A stretch of DNA of 8,474 nucleotides from positions 145,048 to 153,521 of the forward strand of contig NZ_CP046218.1 in assembly GCF_012571345.1 (NCBI RefSeq), read 5' to 3'. This stretch comes from Candidatus Saccharimonadota bacterium (lineage in GTDB: Bacteria > Pseudomonadota > Gammaproteobacteria > Enterobacterales > Enterobacteriaceae). The notes below the pieces were generated by a model. That model made no database searches, was not told the DNA's origin, and saw nothing but the letters and a program-made list of their open reading frames with translations. The position numbers and the translations under genes were made by a program. Positions 7,166 to 8,474 of this stretch are shown piece by piece (within the stretch, counting starts at the first letter, position 1; every line of letters begins with the position of its first letter).

Positions 7166-8281
7166 TTACATATTCAAATTTATAAAAAAAAGTTTAATAT
7201 TTTGTAAAAATTTTTTAATTTTAGGATAATAAATATTACTTAATGTATTATTAAGCATACTTTGTTCTAAATTATGTAATATATTTTTTTGGACATGATT
7301 TAAATTAATAGGAGTTTCTACTTTTATGGTGCATAATAAATCTCCTATCACACCATTTTTAATAGATCTAATGCCTTTATTACGTATTCTAAATACTTTA
7401 CCCGTTTGTGTTTCTGGTGGTATTTTAATTTTTATTATACCATTAATAGTTGGCACATCTATTTCACCACCTAATGCTGCAGTCGTAAAACTTATAGGTA
7501 ATATACAACTTAAATTATTTTCTTCCCGTACAAATAAAAAATGTTTTAAAATGCGAATTTCTATATATAAATCTCCAGCAGCAAAGGTTGCATTATTTGC
7601 TGCTTCACCTTCTCCATGTAATCTAATACGATCACCAGTATTAATTCCTGATGGTATTTTTACTGATAATTTTTTATGTACTTCAATTTTGCCTTTCCCA
7701 GTACAAGAAAAACAAATATTTTTAATAAATGATCCTTTCCCATGGCACTTAGGACAAGTTTGCTGTACTGTAAAAAATCCTTGACTCATATGTATTTGAC
7801 CTTGCCCATGACAAGTATAACATTGTTGCAATGGTCCTCTAGATCCAGTTCCTTCACAATATGTACAATTTTTTAAAAAAGGTACTTGTATTTCTTTAAT
7901 AACACCTTGAATGGATTCTTCTAATGAAATATTTATAATATATTGTAAATCTGCTCCTCTAGTAGTTTTATTAGTTCTGCTATTACCAAAAATATCACCA
8001 AAAACATCACCAAAAATATCACTAAAATCTGTTGTTGTAGTAGCGTTACCATCTTGTTCAAAAGCAGCATGACCATATTGATCATATGCAGCTCTTTTTT
8101 TAGCATCACTTAAAATTTCATAAGCTTGTTTAATTTCTTTAAATTTATCTTCAGCATTTTTATCACCAGGATTACGATCTGGATGAAATTTTATAGCTAA
8201 ACGTTTATATGCTTTTTTCACCTCTGTTTCTGTTGCATTTTTATTAATATTTAAAATATCATAATAATCTTTTTTTACCAT
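7166..8281 (-). CDS. dnaJ: Molecular chaperone DnaJ (Hsp40, type I)
   Basis: 371 aa. The J-domain carries HPD ([10 protein letters not shown]), and [14 protein letters not shown] is identical to E. coli. The segment [15 protein letters not shown] is also identical to E. coli. All four zinc-finger CxxCxGxG repeats are present ([32 protein letters not shown]). [12 protein letters not shown] and the C-terminal GDLLC..VETP block are also conserved. Confidence 0.97.
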   Translation of the reverse strand: MVKKDYYDILNINKNATETEVKKAYKRLAIKFHPDRNPGDKNAEDKFKEIKQAYEILSDAKKRAAYDQYGHAAFEQDGNATTTTDFSDIFGDVFGDIFGNSRTNKTTRGADLQYIINISLEESIQGVIKEIQVPFLKNCTYCEGTGSRGPLQQCYTCHGQGQIHMSQGFFTVQQTCPKCHGKGSFIKNICFSCTGKGKIEVHKKLSVKIPSGINTGDRIRLHGEGEAANNATFAAGDLYIEIRILKHFLFVREENNLSCILPISFTTAALGGEIDVPTINGIIKIKIPPETQTGKVFRIRNKGIRSIKNGVIGDLLCTIKVETPINLNHVQKNILHNLEQSMLNNTLSNIYYPKIKKFLQNIKLFFINLNM

Positions 8282-8313
8282 AATGTACTACTCTATTTTA
8301 TCATCTTATTAAT

Positions 8314-8360
8314 TATAATACCGAATACTAACATTACATAATATTATAAACGGTATTATA
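8314..8360 (-). other. 10-bp inverted repeat (tataataccg / cggtattata) with a 27-nt loop in the dnaK-dnaJ spacer; possible weak stem-loop
   Basis: The arms are 8314-8323 and 8351-8360, exact reverse complements, and they contain the only CCG/CGG in the 119-bp spacer. The loop is large, the stem is mostly A/T and no U-tract follows, so function is uncertain. Confidence 0.2.
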
Positions 8361-8400
8361 TTATTAATAATATGTTTATTATCATTACTTGTATATAGTA

Positions 8401-8474
8401 TTATTGTTTCTTATCTTTAATTTCTTCAAATTCTGCATCTACAACATTATTATCTTGATTAGTTGTTTTATTTG
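8401..8474 (-). CDS. dnaK: Molecular chaperone DnaK (Hsp70), 3' partial (last 24 codons plus stop)
   Basis: The reverse complement of 8401-8474 translates in the TAA-terminated frame as ...NKTTNQDNNVVDAEFEEIKDKKQ*. This matches the E. coli DnaK C-terminus ...DDVVDAEFEEVKDKK*. It lies immediately upstream of dnaJ, as in the canonical dnaK-dnaJ operon. Confidence 0.85.
   Translation of the reverse strand, partial: NKTTNQDNNVVDAEFEEIKDKKQ

Noticed and set aside
7326-7784. 152-aa plus-strand ORF from the ORF track
   Set aside because: It lies entirely antisense within dnaJ, whose identity is unambiguous. Its translation is low-complexity with no recognisable motifs. It is a shadow ORF permitted by the codon structure of the relatively GC-richer dnaJ segment.
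1-8474. Alternative genetic code (UGA=Trp), as in some tiny AT-rich symbionts
   Set aside because: All eight CDSs are full-length and colinear with their E. coli homologues under the standard code, and every stop is TAA. No recoding is needed to explain any gene.
1-8474. Search for a novel defence, toxin or mobile system, CRISPR repeats, tRNA or sRNA genes, or IS ends
   Set aside because: There are no direct repeat arrays and no terminal inverted repeats flanking a gene. No G/C-rich structured segments typical of tRNAs are present, and no unassigned multi-gene cassette exists. Apart from orf156, all coding capacity is accounted for by conserved housekeeping genes.

Overview
The window is very AT-rich (about 20-25% GC by eye), tightly packed, every stop codon is TAA, and the proteins are rich in Asn, Lys and Ile. 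This looks like a reduced gammaproteobacterial insect-endosymbiont type genome; I cannot name the organism. The gene order is: murD 3' end (+), murG (+), murC (+), ddl (+), an unassigned 156-aa ORF (-), secA (+), then convergent dnaJ (-) and the dnaK 3' end (-). All named genes align by eye over essentially their full length to the E. coli proteins and keep their catalytic motifs. I see no tRNA or rRNA, CRISPR array, transposase or IS element, integrase, toxin-antitoxin pair or defence-type cassette. I therefore cannot support a claim of a new multi-gene system; this is mostly a housekeeping region. Six things merit a second look. (1) The dcw cell-division cluster has collapsed: ftsW is absent between murD and murG, and ftsQ-ftsA-ftsZ-lpxC-secM are absent between ddl and secA. 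(2) The only unexplained gene, the 156-aa ORF divergent from secA, sits where non-enteric Gammaproteobacteria carry a DUF721/DciA helicase-loader gene and has a DUF721-like central motif. (3) SecA lacks its C-terminal linker and zinc-binding tail. (4) Essential genes contain long poly(A) tracts, up to 12 A in secA. (5) The secA/dnaJ convergent junction breaks synteny and carries a relatively G/C-containing hairpin. (6) The DnaJ Gly/Phe-rich (G/F) region has lost its glycines.
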